64,000 nucleotides of DNA from Balanoglossus misakiensis (taxonomy: Eukaryota; Animalia; Hemichordata), in contig CM082584.2 in NCBI GenBank assembly GCA_040954595.2, forward strand, positions 4,902,110-4,966,109, given 5' to 3'. The translations under genes and the position numbers were made by a program. Position 1 is the first letter of the stretch. The number at the start of each line of letters is the position of its first letter. Under the pieces are notes generated by a model. It had not been told where the DNA came from, searched no databases, and saw nothing but the letters and a program-made list of their open reading frames with translations. Shown piece by piece: positions 38,960 through 52,000 of this stretch.

Positions 38960-39280
38960 TGGAGGGTCAAAGGTCAGGGATAATCCCAAAATTTGGCTTT
39001 TCATTTTGGTGTCATTAACATGGGCTCGTTGGTGGCCCTAGAATTAGACATGCACTTATCCAATGAGGGTCAAAGGTCAGGGGATCTTATCCAATGAGTG
39101 TCAAAGGTCAGGGATAATCCCATTTTGGCGCCATTAACATGGGCTCATTGCTGGCCCTAGAATTAGACATGAACTAATCCAATGAGGGTCAAAGGTCAGG
39201 GGATCTTATCCAATGAGGGTCAAAGGTCAGGGATAATCCCGAAAGTTGGCTTTTCATTTTGGTGCCATTAACATGGGGCA
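38960..39280. repeat. Complex minisatellite with five (ccaatga)gggtcaaaggtca motifs
   Basis: Motif at 38964, 39067, 39098 (variant), 39186 and 39217. Confidence 0.9.
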
Positions 39281-40879
39281 TTAAACTTCTATTTCTACTA
39301 CATTACCAAATCAAACCATCAAAATGTATAATACTAGTAAATCATGCCTATATCAAGTTCAATATGAGAAAAATAGAGAGAGAGAGAGAGCAAGTTGAAC
39401 AACTGTTATTGTCATGTTTGCTTCCTAAACACAACTGTTTCACACAATTTTTTTCCCCAATACAGGAATAATGTTGTAATCCCCCTTTTTTTAGTTTACC
39501 ATTTAGCTTATCTAATATGTTGGTGCAACTATGCGCTGTTTATTAGGCTAAATGGTAAACACCTGAAGGTTGCTGATTCCAGTGCAATTATATAGTGCTC
39601 ATTTACACACAGTGCTTGTTACGCGCAATGCTTATTGTGACTATAGGAACCAACAACCTTCAGGTTATGCTGAACAAATTGTAATGATAATTTAGGAGTG
39701 TAATAATTCATTAGAAAATATTCTATTTCAAAGGCAAAGTTGAAGCAGCCTCAGCGGCATACTGAAATGTACACATTGCAATTTAATTTTAACCTGCTCC
39801 CTCTCTCTCTGTGACACAATTACAAAAAATTGGAAAAAGGATCTGAGGAAGTGATTGATCAATGTTCAATTGCAACCAACGGGAGGTCAGGTCTGTTCTT
39901 GAAATGGCGAAGAAATCAAAGTTGGTTTAAGTCAAATACAGCCATCAGTCCGGGGAAACTGCACTCCATCAGATGCACTGGCTTTCGTATTCACACACGT
40001 TTCCTCTTCTTTCCTATAAACAGAAAGAGGACATTAAACTTACCTGAGAGACATTGAACTTTCAGACAGAAACAAACATAGCATCAAGGACACCATGGTC
40101 CCATTTAGGGATTACACAGGGAAAGGTATACATAGCAGACAGAAAGACTAACAGACAGACATACGTAAAGACAGATCAACAGGTAAAGACTGGCTGACCC
40201 ACAAGCTGTCAATGGCATGCGTACTGTTACATACACCAAGAACAATTGGTCTCTTGACGGTTGGCCCAAGTGATGTAAACATGGAGAACCCCAAGGAATT
40301 TCCTACCAAATTTCAGACAAGCACTTTTGAAAAATAAAATTGTTTAGGAGTGGCAAAAACACAAATATTCAAATATCACCATAATACATGTATCTTACTT
40401 CAATCACCACAAGGAATATGCCTACTAAAGTTCAAAGCAATCTGACAAACGATGTTTGACCAGAAATGGCATATATTGCTCCAAAATTATAAATATGCAA
40501 ATTTTGCAACAATTTGAACAAAACTATGGAAACTCAGATCACCCATTGAAGCTTCATACTCAATTTCAAAGAAGTCAGGCTATCACTTTCAGAAAACAAT
40601 TTTTTTTACCGATAATGTGGAAAAAGACAACAAAATGTATAAAAATAGAATATTCAAATTAGCTATAAAAAAACATGACTGTACATGTATAAGGTCGACA
40701 TACCGTAAGGTACATGTATACCAATTTTCAAATTAATCTGACTAGTAGTTGTTGAGTTTCTGAGTTTTGACTAATTTGCATATTTTTGGCAATGACAACT
40801 CCATTTGAACTAACTCTCATCATCTGCACACCGAATATCAAGGTGATATGCCAAGCATTTTCCAAGTTTTTGATGTGGA

Positions 40880-41320
40880 TGAACACACATAGAAACATAC
40901 ATAGATACATACATAGATAGATACATACATAGGTACATAGATACATAGATACATACATAGATACATAGATACATACATACATACATATATACATACATAT
41001 ATACATACATACATACATATGAAGTATGCAGTTCGACTGGTCTGATACGAAGTGCTCAATACTAAAATAGAGTGGAATATAAAGTAAGGGAAATACAACA
41101 TACATACATACATAGTACATACATACCCGGTACATACATACATACATACATCCATACATACATACATACATACATACATACATACATACATACATACATA
41201 CATACATACAACCTACATGTATACATACTTCATAGTACATGCAGACATACAGAGTACGCTACCGATCCCATAAGGTCCCACTGGTATATATACCGGTACA
41301 TATACCAATTGGGACCTAAG
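40880..41320. repeat. (TACA/TAGA)n microsatellites followed by a terminal hairpin; probable end of a DINE/HINE-like element
   Basis: Tetramer tracts at ~40885-41020 and ~41098-41210; taaggtcccactggtatat..atataccaattgggacctaa hairpin at ~41271-41319. Confidence 0.7.
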
Positions 41321-41499
41321 AATGTGCTCCTGTCAGCTCCATCCCAATGAAGAAATTGATGGCTTCTGTGAGTTGCTCCTCTTTGGCTCCCAGCGTTTCA
41401 ACTGAAGTGATGATTTCCCTTTACACCTAAGTACCTACTTTTTTGTTTTATGCAATGACATATATTGTAACAGGCCGGGTCTGAGTAATATTGGCTCCA

Positions 41500-43790
41500 G
41501 ACATGAATAAGCAGAACAATAGCCACGTGGTTGGATCCCAATATTGGATCATACAGAGACAAAAATCAATTGACATGCACCTACATCAGAGAACATCATG
41601 CTTGTGTGAAGTCAGAATATTCAAGCACGGCCGACTGATGGCTCTGTGCTTTAATGATTAAAAAAAAATGGCCGTCTCTTGGCTATACTGGATCAAAGGG
41701 GCAAAATAAATTGATGTACATATGTATGTTTGCACAATTTTAATGAATTTCAGGTTGTCATATTAGAATAATTGTACCACATGCCCCACTTATGCTCTTT
41801 GCAGCTTTAATGTTACCTTTGAACTCTGCTGGTCTGCTTAATGTATACTGGTACATACAAATTCATGAAGTTGATAGATGTTGATCATCAGAGAAAGACT
41901 GCCCTGTAAAACAATTAAAAATAGCTATTATATATTTTTGTGTCAAAAAGCACAGTGGTAAAATATAGCAGATGATCTGTCTTCATGGACAATACAATAT
42001 GTCATTCTATATACTGTCATCCATGAGGTCAACCAAATCCTGAGAAGGTTAAGAATATCTAACATTACCTTTGAACTCTTCTTGATTGCTTAAAACTGCA
42101 TGCACACATATCTAGTTTGGAAGATGTTGATCATCGGAGATGAACTGTTATCTGCAAACGGTGACAATAAAATGTATCTATGCATGGATGTTCTCCTGTC
42201 TTCATGAACCATACAAGATGCCAATTCTGTTGTTCGGGAATGTATGGACAAATCTTGGCTTTTTGTTACATTCAGATTTTCATTGGGGTCATTGAATGGC
42301 TGGTCACAGAAAATTAATTTGCATACTCACACCACAGGAATCATGTTACCTGGTTACCAGCTCAGCATCTGGGCAGGACACATTGCATCATGGGCTGGAG
42401 GATTGTTGCATCATGGAAATCTGAAACTAATGAGAAAAATTTGTGTAAATAGACAATTACACCTGACTGTTACAGACTGCAACTTGGCTGCTAAGACATA
42501 GTTATTTCATTTTTGGTGTTGTTTCCAGTTCTGGACAATCGCCTAGTGATGAAAATGATGAAAATCCAAGGCAACTAGTTCAAAGCGTCCAGGAAAACAC
42601 AAGCGTTGTGGTGTCACATGACTGCAAATCAATCATGCTCTGGTTTTACAGAGTAGGCGATTGATACCTTAAACAAAGGCTAATACCTGACTGCGTTATA
42701 GAGGGACTATTTGATTGAATAACACTGGAACAGGCTGTATCCGAGTAAGGCTCCAGACACGAAAAATCAGCCACGTGGTCCGATCTCTGCAATATTGGAT
42801 CATACAGAGACAAAATTTAACATGCATCTACATCAGAGTACATCATGCTTGTATGAAGTTGAAACAAAATAAGTTCAAGGATGACCGACTGATGGATCTG
42901 TACTTGAATGTTTTGCTTTAAAAAGATGGCTGACTCTTAGCCATACTGGATCAAATTGCAAAATAAATTGATGTGCATGTACGTCACAGTAAGTTTAAAT
43001 GAAATTGGGGTCAAGTCCTATTAGAATGATTGTACCATATTCCCTACTAATGCTGTTTGCAGCTTGAATATTACCTTTGAACTCTGCTTTGGTGCTTTAG
43101 GCATGCATATGCAGATCTAAGTTGGTAGCTGTTGTTGGTCATCAGAAACTGTTGTTGATCATCCGAGACTGCTGTCTGCAAAAAAATGAAAAATAGACCA
43201 GTGTCGAACAAGGCACAGCAGTAAAATGTACGTAGCAGTTGATCTCCTGTCTTCATGGACAATACAATACATCATTCTATATGCTGTCATCCATGCGGTC
43301 AACCAAATCTTTAGAAGGTTAAGAACATTTTCTATTTACCTTTGAACTCTTCTTGGCTGTACACATATCCGGTTTGGAAGATGTTGATCATCGGAGAGCA
43401 AATGTTATCTGCAAAAAATCAAACAGATCTCTAAGCATTTTTGTGCCTAAGAAAATGACAATAAGATTATCTCCTGTCTTCATGAAGAATACAAGACACC
43501 ATACTGTTGTGCGTAAATATACGGACAAATCTTGGCTTTTTGTGACATTCAGCTTTTCATTATGGTCTTTGAATGGTAGGTTCCTGAATGGCTGGTCACA
43601 GAAAATTAATTTGCATACTCACACCACAGGAATCATGTTACCTGGTTACCAGCTCGGCATCTGGGCAGAAGGACACATTGCATCATGGGCTGGAGGATTG
43701 TTGCGTCATGGAAATCTGAAACTAATGAGAAAAATTTGTGTATAGACAATTATAACTGATCGACCTCTACGAACTGCAACTTGACTGCTT
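41500..43790. repeat. Diverged tandem duplication (~1.25-kb period) containing exon-like segments
   Basis: 41500-42490 ~ 42760-43790. Confidence 0.85.
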
Positions 43791-44249
43791 CCATACCCCA
43801 AAACCTGCAACAAATAATAAATAGTAAATATAAATTCATTATCATAGACTGGATGGGTTTTGTTATCTATGCTATGTAATTACATTGTGTTGCATCTCTC
43901 ATCTGTTGGTTGATGCACATCATCCATTGTGAAACTCTTGAATCTGATAAACTTATTTCATTACCCAATAGATGAACATAACTATACTAAGAAAAAAAAT
44001 CACTATCAATGACACAGTTCCATGAGGGACTAAAATTCTACAAATTATCAACAAATTATTACCACATCAGTTATCACTTTTCTACTTATAATATATATTA
44101 CAATTGATATACAGTACCTTTCACTAGTTTTAGCTCCTAACTGGAAAATCATCTTACAATTTAGTCCTACAAAGTGTACAAACTATTAATGGGCTTTTCA
44201 GTAGTTATTCCCTAAACTTATTTATAAATAATTACTAAATTATACTTAA

Positions 44250-44450
44250 TTGTTTGTTATCATAATCATCATCATTTTTCTTATCATAATCATTATCATC
44301 ACCATTATTAGTTCATTTGTTATCACAATCATCATTATCATCATCATTACAATCATCATCGTTACCCTCATTTTTGTTATCACCATTATTATCGTCATCA
44401 TTATTACACATTACAACAATCAATGCCACAACCATAACCATCAGTATTAA
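44250..44450. repeat. Degenerate (ATC)n tract
   Basis: atcatcatc/attatc low-complexity run. Confidence 0.85.
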
Positions 44451-46167
44451 CAATTAACGTCAAAACTGCAACCACCATCACCAACATTACAGGAATGAAA
44501 TAAACAAATCAAATGACCCACAAAAATCAGTAACTTTCAACCAAAGACATTCTAAAAAGTGTATATAGTCTCTTGTTTATTTATCTAGCTAATATAGTCT
44601 CTCGTTTATTAATCTAGCAGTTTTATTCTCTTAATAATTATCAGTATGTAAATCAGTAAATCTAAGAATATTGCAAATTGTCAAATAATAATTATTAATA
44701 AGCATAGCTGATATTATACACCAGTAATTCTGAATGTTGATTTACTAAATTACTGCAATTTCCCAAACAGACAGGCCTATACATGTTTCTATGTAAATTG
44801 TTTTCCAACACAAAAGAGTGCTCACTTCATTGCCAAAAGGGGGAGACAATGAGCTGTTGGTGTAACTGACTGGATGGTATTCAACACAATAAAAACATAG
44901 GTACATATCTGAAATACAAATTCTACTTAATGCAATAATATATTAATCAAAGAATCTGGAATAAAAGGTATAATGCAAGTAACCTGAGTGAAAAAGGTTA
45001 TATTTAAAACAACTAATAAAAAGACACCAATTCCATATATATAAATAATAATGGTAACACACATAATGGTGCAGCATTTTTATACTGTGGGTACTAAAAA
45101 CTTTTCACAAAATTATACTACATTGATACCAATCAATACTTAGAGTGAGTGGTTGCGTATACATGTACAGTATGTCATGTTTGTGCGTGCAAGGTATGTC
45201 ATGTTTGCGAGTGCAAGGTATTGACATCCCCAAATCTGACTGGCCAGGTCAGAATGGGGAAACCTACATTTTCACAAAATTATAGAACTCATTTGATTAT
45301 CATCATAAAATTATGCAACTCATTTAATTTATTATGACAAAACATTAGTAAGTCTTCTTTTGTCTTGATGCCATAACGAATCATCACCAATCAATCATAC
45401 CACCTGTAATCAGATTTTAGTAAATAGAAATGCATGTATTCTGATTTAAACATGGTTATGCTGAAATGGAATATTATACAAAAACACATTCAATACCATA
45501 GTCAATCCAACTGCAGTGTCATTGCATTTACATAAACTAGCATTGTACATATTACAGTGTGCATGTGTAAAAAATTGTTAGCGCTGTTCAGAGATAAGAA
45601 AAGTGGATGATTAGTTCATTGCTAATGTCTTCTTTTGTCTCAATGCCATAACGAATCGTCACTAATCAATCATCACCTGTAAAAAGAAATCCATTAGTCA
45701 CATCAATGATTATTATACACACCAGTCTTCACCAACAGCTCATGTACTAGGATCATCTTACTCAATTTTTTCAAATTTATTCACCATGCAAAACTGTACG
45801 CAGAATCACAAGTATACAATACCAACTATGCATAGTGTTTAGGCTACCAATTTTGACAAAAATTTAAGATGAAAGTAACTTCAGATTTATGATTAAATTA
45901 AACCTTCACTAACATTATAATTCTGTCACTTTATGCCACTACAACACCAATATTATTGTTACTATATCACTACGACCACAAAATACCAAGACTACCACAT
46001 ACAACAAAGCACCCATTATTCTTGATTAAATGAAGACCATTAAAATCGAATAATCACCACCATTTGAAAAATATTCATTCTCCATCCTAAAGATCCACCT
46101 CAATCAGACAATACCACCCTGACATACATTATGCAGAAACTCCTGTTATTGGTGTCTTTCTTACACA

Positions 46168-46169
46168 GC

Positions 46170-46208
<39 letters not shown>

Positions 46209-46490
46209 GTATCATCATGTATCATCATCATTTTTTATAATTATAAGATTACCATTATTTCATTATTATTTTGTTATATCATCATCATTATCACCACCAT
46301 CATTGTTGTTTTATTTTAATTATAATATTGTTAACCCATTATTTTAATTATATCATCACCATAATTATCACCACCACTATCATCATCATCATCATATCGT
46401 TATATCATTATTATTTTTGTTACTATAATACATGTATTGTTATTAAATCAGTATTCTTTTTCATCATCACCATAATCATCATTATTGTGC
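46168..46490. repeat. (CAT)n microsatellite with degenerate extension
   Basis: Perfect CAT run at ~46170-46208, then ATT/ATC low complexity. Confidence 0.9.
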
Positions 46491-47299
46491 ACATTTTTAC
46501 CTAATCTACACTTTCAATTTTTTTTTTATTTAAACTGAACCATTTATACAAGGGGTATATGTATTATGAAACATACCAGCAAACCCTAAACATTATAATT
46601 TTCAGCAAAAATACACATCTGATACTGTATTAATCCTGTGTATTATTGAAGTATTTCTGTATTTCACACCTGATTAAATTATTCTGTACACTCAACCTTG
46701 TTACCATGCAAACTGAATACGCAGATGCTTACCATGTTTTGCAGCGGGTTGTTTTAAATTCTGCATCATCCTGCAATTATCTTTTCAGCTGTCAAGCAAC
46801 AGAATAAAATACATAGTATAAATAAAAAATTAATAACTGTACTTCCCTGATGAAAGATCAGCTGTAGTAATGTATATCCATTTCTGTAATCTTCAACTTT
46901 TTCCCCACAAGTCTTGTCAGCTAGATCACATGGAAAGTTCCTCCTGTAATTAAGAAAGTTGAAAACAATTTTGAGCACAAAAGCAACACTTTCCAACAGT
47001 ATAAAATATTCTAATGCATTTGTGAAAAACAAACTTCACATACAACAGAAAACAACGGTAAATGAAGTAAACCTCCCAAATTTTGACTACAAATCCCCAA
47101 CAGTATCTTGAGCATACACGGGTTAATGCTTTTAACTTAATCCGTTTAATTTAACCCCCCCCCCCCTCTCGAAATTGTGGGAGTACACCTGAGGAACGGC
47201 ATGAGCGCGCTGTGTGCATGTGTGACAGTTTCTGAAATTGTAAGGAAATTCGTTCCTTGCGTCTTTCATAGACTCTGAAACATTTTTAGTTGCGTATCA

Positions 47300-49031
47300 A
47301 ACTAAATAGTAACTTCGTAAAATGTAGTCGCAAATGCTGACGTCACAACTTTTTAGCCTGTGCTGCTTACCGGGGCTGCTTACTGCCTGAAGTTGAAATG
47401 AAATGATTACAAATTGCGTCACTGCATTTAAACATGATAAATAATACTCACTGAACATTCAAGTCGGCTAAAGACATTCCATGCACACTGAGTACCATCT
47501 TCATAGCGGACTCCAGCCGGAAAATTGGACGCGTACACAAATTATGATACACCACTCTCTATGTTCTGTGACGGCATCCATCTCATCTAATAAAGACCTG
47601 CGCCATGACACATGACGTCACGACCGTGTAAAATTCCATTACGTTGGACCGACATTTCCATTCACTGTCTGCGATAGAACCACACTAGAAACTTCTACTG
47701 TCCATGATAAAACTTGCACCCGGACCTCTGGCGAATAATTGGAACCAGCATTTCACGAATAATATTTCCATTCTGAGGGCTTCGCGCTCCATTCAATTCA
47801 AGCGATGAAAGTTCACTTCAAATCCACCGCCATGATATGACGTAGCACTACGTTAACCATACATCGCCCTCAACGCTGCCATGTGGATTTTTTCTTTACC
47901 CGCCCGAGTCGATTTGGGACATCGTATCGTTTGCGGTTTGCGAGGACAACAAATTTACTTCCTTTGAGACGCGTTTTTCCTGCATTTGAGTATATTCGGT
48001 GAAACTGAATTCTATTATGTAAAAATATACGAGAATAAAGTAGCAAACTTGATATCGAGGGGCAAATTAATTAGTGTCACATAGGATATTTTACCTGGGC
48101 ACAATAATCTTTTTTTTTGCATAGCAAAATCTTTCAGCAATGAAAGAGTGAGCATTTCTTTCGACAAAACACAATTTTTAATAGCGATAGAAGTTAGAAT
48201 TTCCAATATGCTACACCCAAATCGGTGGACTAGTTCCACAGAAGATTGCGTAGCCATTAACCCTCTCAGGCCCTAAATCCCAATCAGTCACTTGTGAATT
48301 CAGGATATCTAAATATTCATCGTCGTCAGAATTCCGCAGTACAGTTTGCTCAAATATATCATTATTTTGTAGCAATACCGTACCAGTATTTTGAAGATTA
48401 TTTGTGTAAAATATTCCCTCCATTCTTTAGTATGGAATCCAGACATGGTTTGTGTTTTTTAGAGATAGACTCACACACCGCATCTCTTAAAAAAACACTG
48501 TACATGTATCTGGATTCCAGACAACTCCAAGAGATAGATGGGTCAACTTAAAAGCCTCTTTGACTGCTTTTAATCATGGCCAACATACCATCCCTACTTT
48601 CCGTATGCTCTTGTCTGCATCTGTTTCTAAATTTTGCTGAAAGTGTATCAGGATGACACTACATTGGTCTGTCCACAGGTCACTCCAGGTCACTCTGATG
48701 AGGTCACTCACAGGTCACTCCACCGTCTTCAAGTGCGCCCTCTTGGTCAACCTGTCACCGTCGTCAACCTAGCGTCATGCGTCATGTGTGAGCTGTTTCA
48801 TGTAAAGAAATGTTGCTTGATAAGTACTAAGTACTGAGAATATAGTCAAGTACTCGTCATGCGAACGATGGAGTATTAGAAAGCATCTATGTCGCCCGGA
48901 ATGTAAAATATCGGTTGTCGTACCAGAATCCGAACTAGAACCCGAATCTGAATTCTGCTCCAGGCGAACGTTTTGGACATCCTACTTACACGACTACAGA
49001 CTCCGAAACACTGTCATCGTCGGGCCAAACC
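47300..49031. promoter_or_regulatory. Relatively CpG-rich upstream/promoter region of ERCC6L2, possibly bidirectional
   Basis: Visibly more CpG than the flanks; full CRE palindromes TGACGTCA at 47338-47345 and 47613-47620; CGCCAT (YY1-like) motifs. Confidence 0.4.
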
Positions 49032-52000
49032 ATGGCAACATGTAAGCTGTCGAATTTTACAGAATTCGTCACGATCGCATAGTATACCCCACAGTGGTAA
49101 ACCCCAGTTAACATGTAGTTGTAGGCGCTGACGATAGACGCAACGTGTGGAGTGACTGCGCGATAGATAGAGTATCGCCTCTGTGTCTTATGTTTGGCGT
49201 TACAGCTTGTGTACAGTGATTTATATCGACAGGCTCACAGAAACTTAACCGCGTACAGCTGATCTGTTGATGCGATTTGGTGGATAGAGATGAGTTTGAC
49301 TGGCGCTTACGACACCTTTTACTTACACGGAGAAGAACAAAATGAAGGGAAATCGACCATAAGTACGTATTATACCCTCCTCCTCTCAGTCCCCCTCCCT
49401 CCCCTGAGCGCCCGCAAACATCCACATCCTACCACCCACCACGCCCCCTTCAGGCACAGTGTGCAGTAGCAATACTACTGGTATATCTAAAGTGTTTGAA
49501 GTGTGCTTGCCATCCACCAAATCTATTTATTATTTGTTTATCAACACATGATGAAAGCAGAGCTCTGTCAGATACAAATGACACTGCAGGATCTAGGAAC
49601 AACTGACAGAGACACATACCCTAAATGGAAACACCAGCTTGTAACTGTCAAGTTGTTGGATTTTTTTTTTGGTATTTAACAAAAAAATGTATTGGGTAAG
49701 TTATTGAATTTTTAGCCTACATCTTATATTTGAAATCAAGCTCGATATGAATTAGAACCTTTCTTACAAAAATATCTCTTAATGTTTTGAACAGAAGTGT
49801 GGTGTGTAGGTGAGAAATGTATGGCATTCTATTCTGATGATGGACAATACTACAAGGCCGTCATCAAATCAATCCAAACTTTGAAAGATGGCAAGAAGGT
49901 AGCAGTTGTCAAGTATGAAGATTATGACTCGGACGATGAAGAAACACTCCCATTTAGTCAACTAAGAGAAAGATGTCAAAGAAGGAAAAGCAGGAAGGAC
50001 GGTAAGTTTAAATATTTTCTTTTCTACAGCCATGTTTTTTCTTCCTCAGACTTCTGGGGGACTGACTTACATTGTATATAACAGCAAGCACTAGACACAG
50101 GGTGATCTCAGGAGCCCTGCCCTGTTATTTTAGTTGTGGTATGATTGTAGACAGTAAACTTTTCATGACTGTGTGTCCAGTGTACTGTGCTCTATCTGGG
50201 CTTTTAGAAAATATTTGCTAGAAAAACTATGATTCCTGATTGCCTGTTTTGCATGTTGCCTCTTTAAATATTCAGCAATTTATCAATCTCACTAACATTC
50301 TGCTTTTCAGAAGCATGAATTTTTAACTACATGTAACTTGAAAGTATGGTTTTCAAAGACTAAATGCCCTGTTACATATCATTGTATATTGAAGGTGGTG
50401 ATGAGACATCAACCAGCGCATCTGATAGTAGCATGTTTAGCCCACTGAGAGGCAGTGAAGTCAGTGACAGAATAAGGTAAGTCACAACTACAAGAAATAC
50501 AGCATCATATCTATTTTGCATTTTTTTCCTGAATTCTTCTTCCTTTTCGTATTATGTGCCAGTCTCCATGCAGAGCCATCCTTCATATGTATTGGTATAT
50601 GCTAATATGTATGACTTAGATACCCCCGGCCCCATCTTCAGGTTTGCAAATGGAGAACAATTATATCTCACTTGTTCATTGTTAATATAATAGTGTAAGG
50701 GCCTTTGCAACCGAAAAAAAACCTGTTAAATTTCCTGCAGAAGGCTTCTGTTGCAACATTTATTGTGAATCGCCATACATATTTTGCAAAGGACTTCGGT
50801 GCCTGTGTGCCCCCTGTGCTATAAAATGTATGCAGCTGTAAGCTTGGCTGGATATGCAAACTGTGATTTGTTATCACTTTTCATCTACTTTATTAACTGT
50901 AGATGCTATTTCAAACAAAACCATGGAAGGAACGGCCCAGTGTCATCATTACTTAGACATTAGCGAAGATGGGTTTATAGAAAATTTAAAGATTACATTT
51001 TACGGACATTTCATCAGAGCAAAGTATGCTGATTTAATGGAAGACGATGAAGACGCAAGACTGACTCAAGAGAAATGCAGAGAAAGAATTCCCAGGAGAC
51101 TTTTAGATGCTCCTTTGCCAGCACTTGGGAAAACACGGAAAAGAAAAAAAGGAGTGGTTGTTACAGGTGGCGGAATCATCAGTGGTTCTCAGACGAAGAG
51201 TCCTAAATTATCATCAGACATAGAGAAGCCAGCAGCCAGTGTTGGGTTGACAAGACACGAAGCTGATGTGGATAAACTTGTCAATACTGTTACCTCAAAT
51301 CAAGGTATGCTTCATCATAATCAGTTTGTTTATTTTAATCATACTGTGTTGAAGTTCAGGTAACTCAGAACCTGTTGCATTTCGATGAATATTTATGTTA
51401 AACAGGGGAGTGTATGGCAACTTCTTGTCGATTAATTAGCATTGTCACTTCTGGTACTGCAAATTTTGATGCCACACAAATAAAATTCATAGAAAGACCT
51501 TGTCACGGATATTTGATGTCTTTGCGGTAAGAAATTTGCAATTATAAAAACATTTTTTAAGACAAACCACTCAAACTACCAGAAGTAGCTGAAGGTTCTT
51601 CATGCTTAGTATCAACCCTTGAAAAGATTGTACTGTTGTTGTGTCAGTCAAATCTTCAAAGTGGTATTGGCCAATGTTACCGATACGTGTAATAATGGTA
51701 TTATAATAACTGTATTCACCTTGTTTAGGTTTTGAAGATAAGGATCTAGAAAGGCCATATTTTCCTGGCGTACTAAATCCTGATTCAAAAGAACCATTTC
51801 TGCTGGATGATAGCATTCAACCAACCATCCAGGTAAGTTGTAAAGAGGTTTCATTTACCAGAACAGAGTGTGTCAATTCTCGCTTGAATAGGTTTTTGCT
51901 ACCCAGGTGAGTGATAACACATGGTCGACACAATTTCAACATTGCCGATTTTGCCATGTTTAAGAAATGGAAGTTCATAAGCTGAAGTGATATTCGGTCA

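Noticed and set aside
40728-41350. MYVC/HTYI-repeat ORFs up to 170 aa
   Set aside because: Translation of (TACA)n microsatellites.
44250-46504. Poly-Ile and poly-His ORFs
   Set aside because: Derived from (ATC/CAT)n tracts.
48257-48552. Possible piggyBac-type MITE starting TTAA|CCCT
   Set aside because: The right end is too degenerate to establish a TIR pair.
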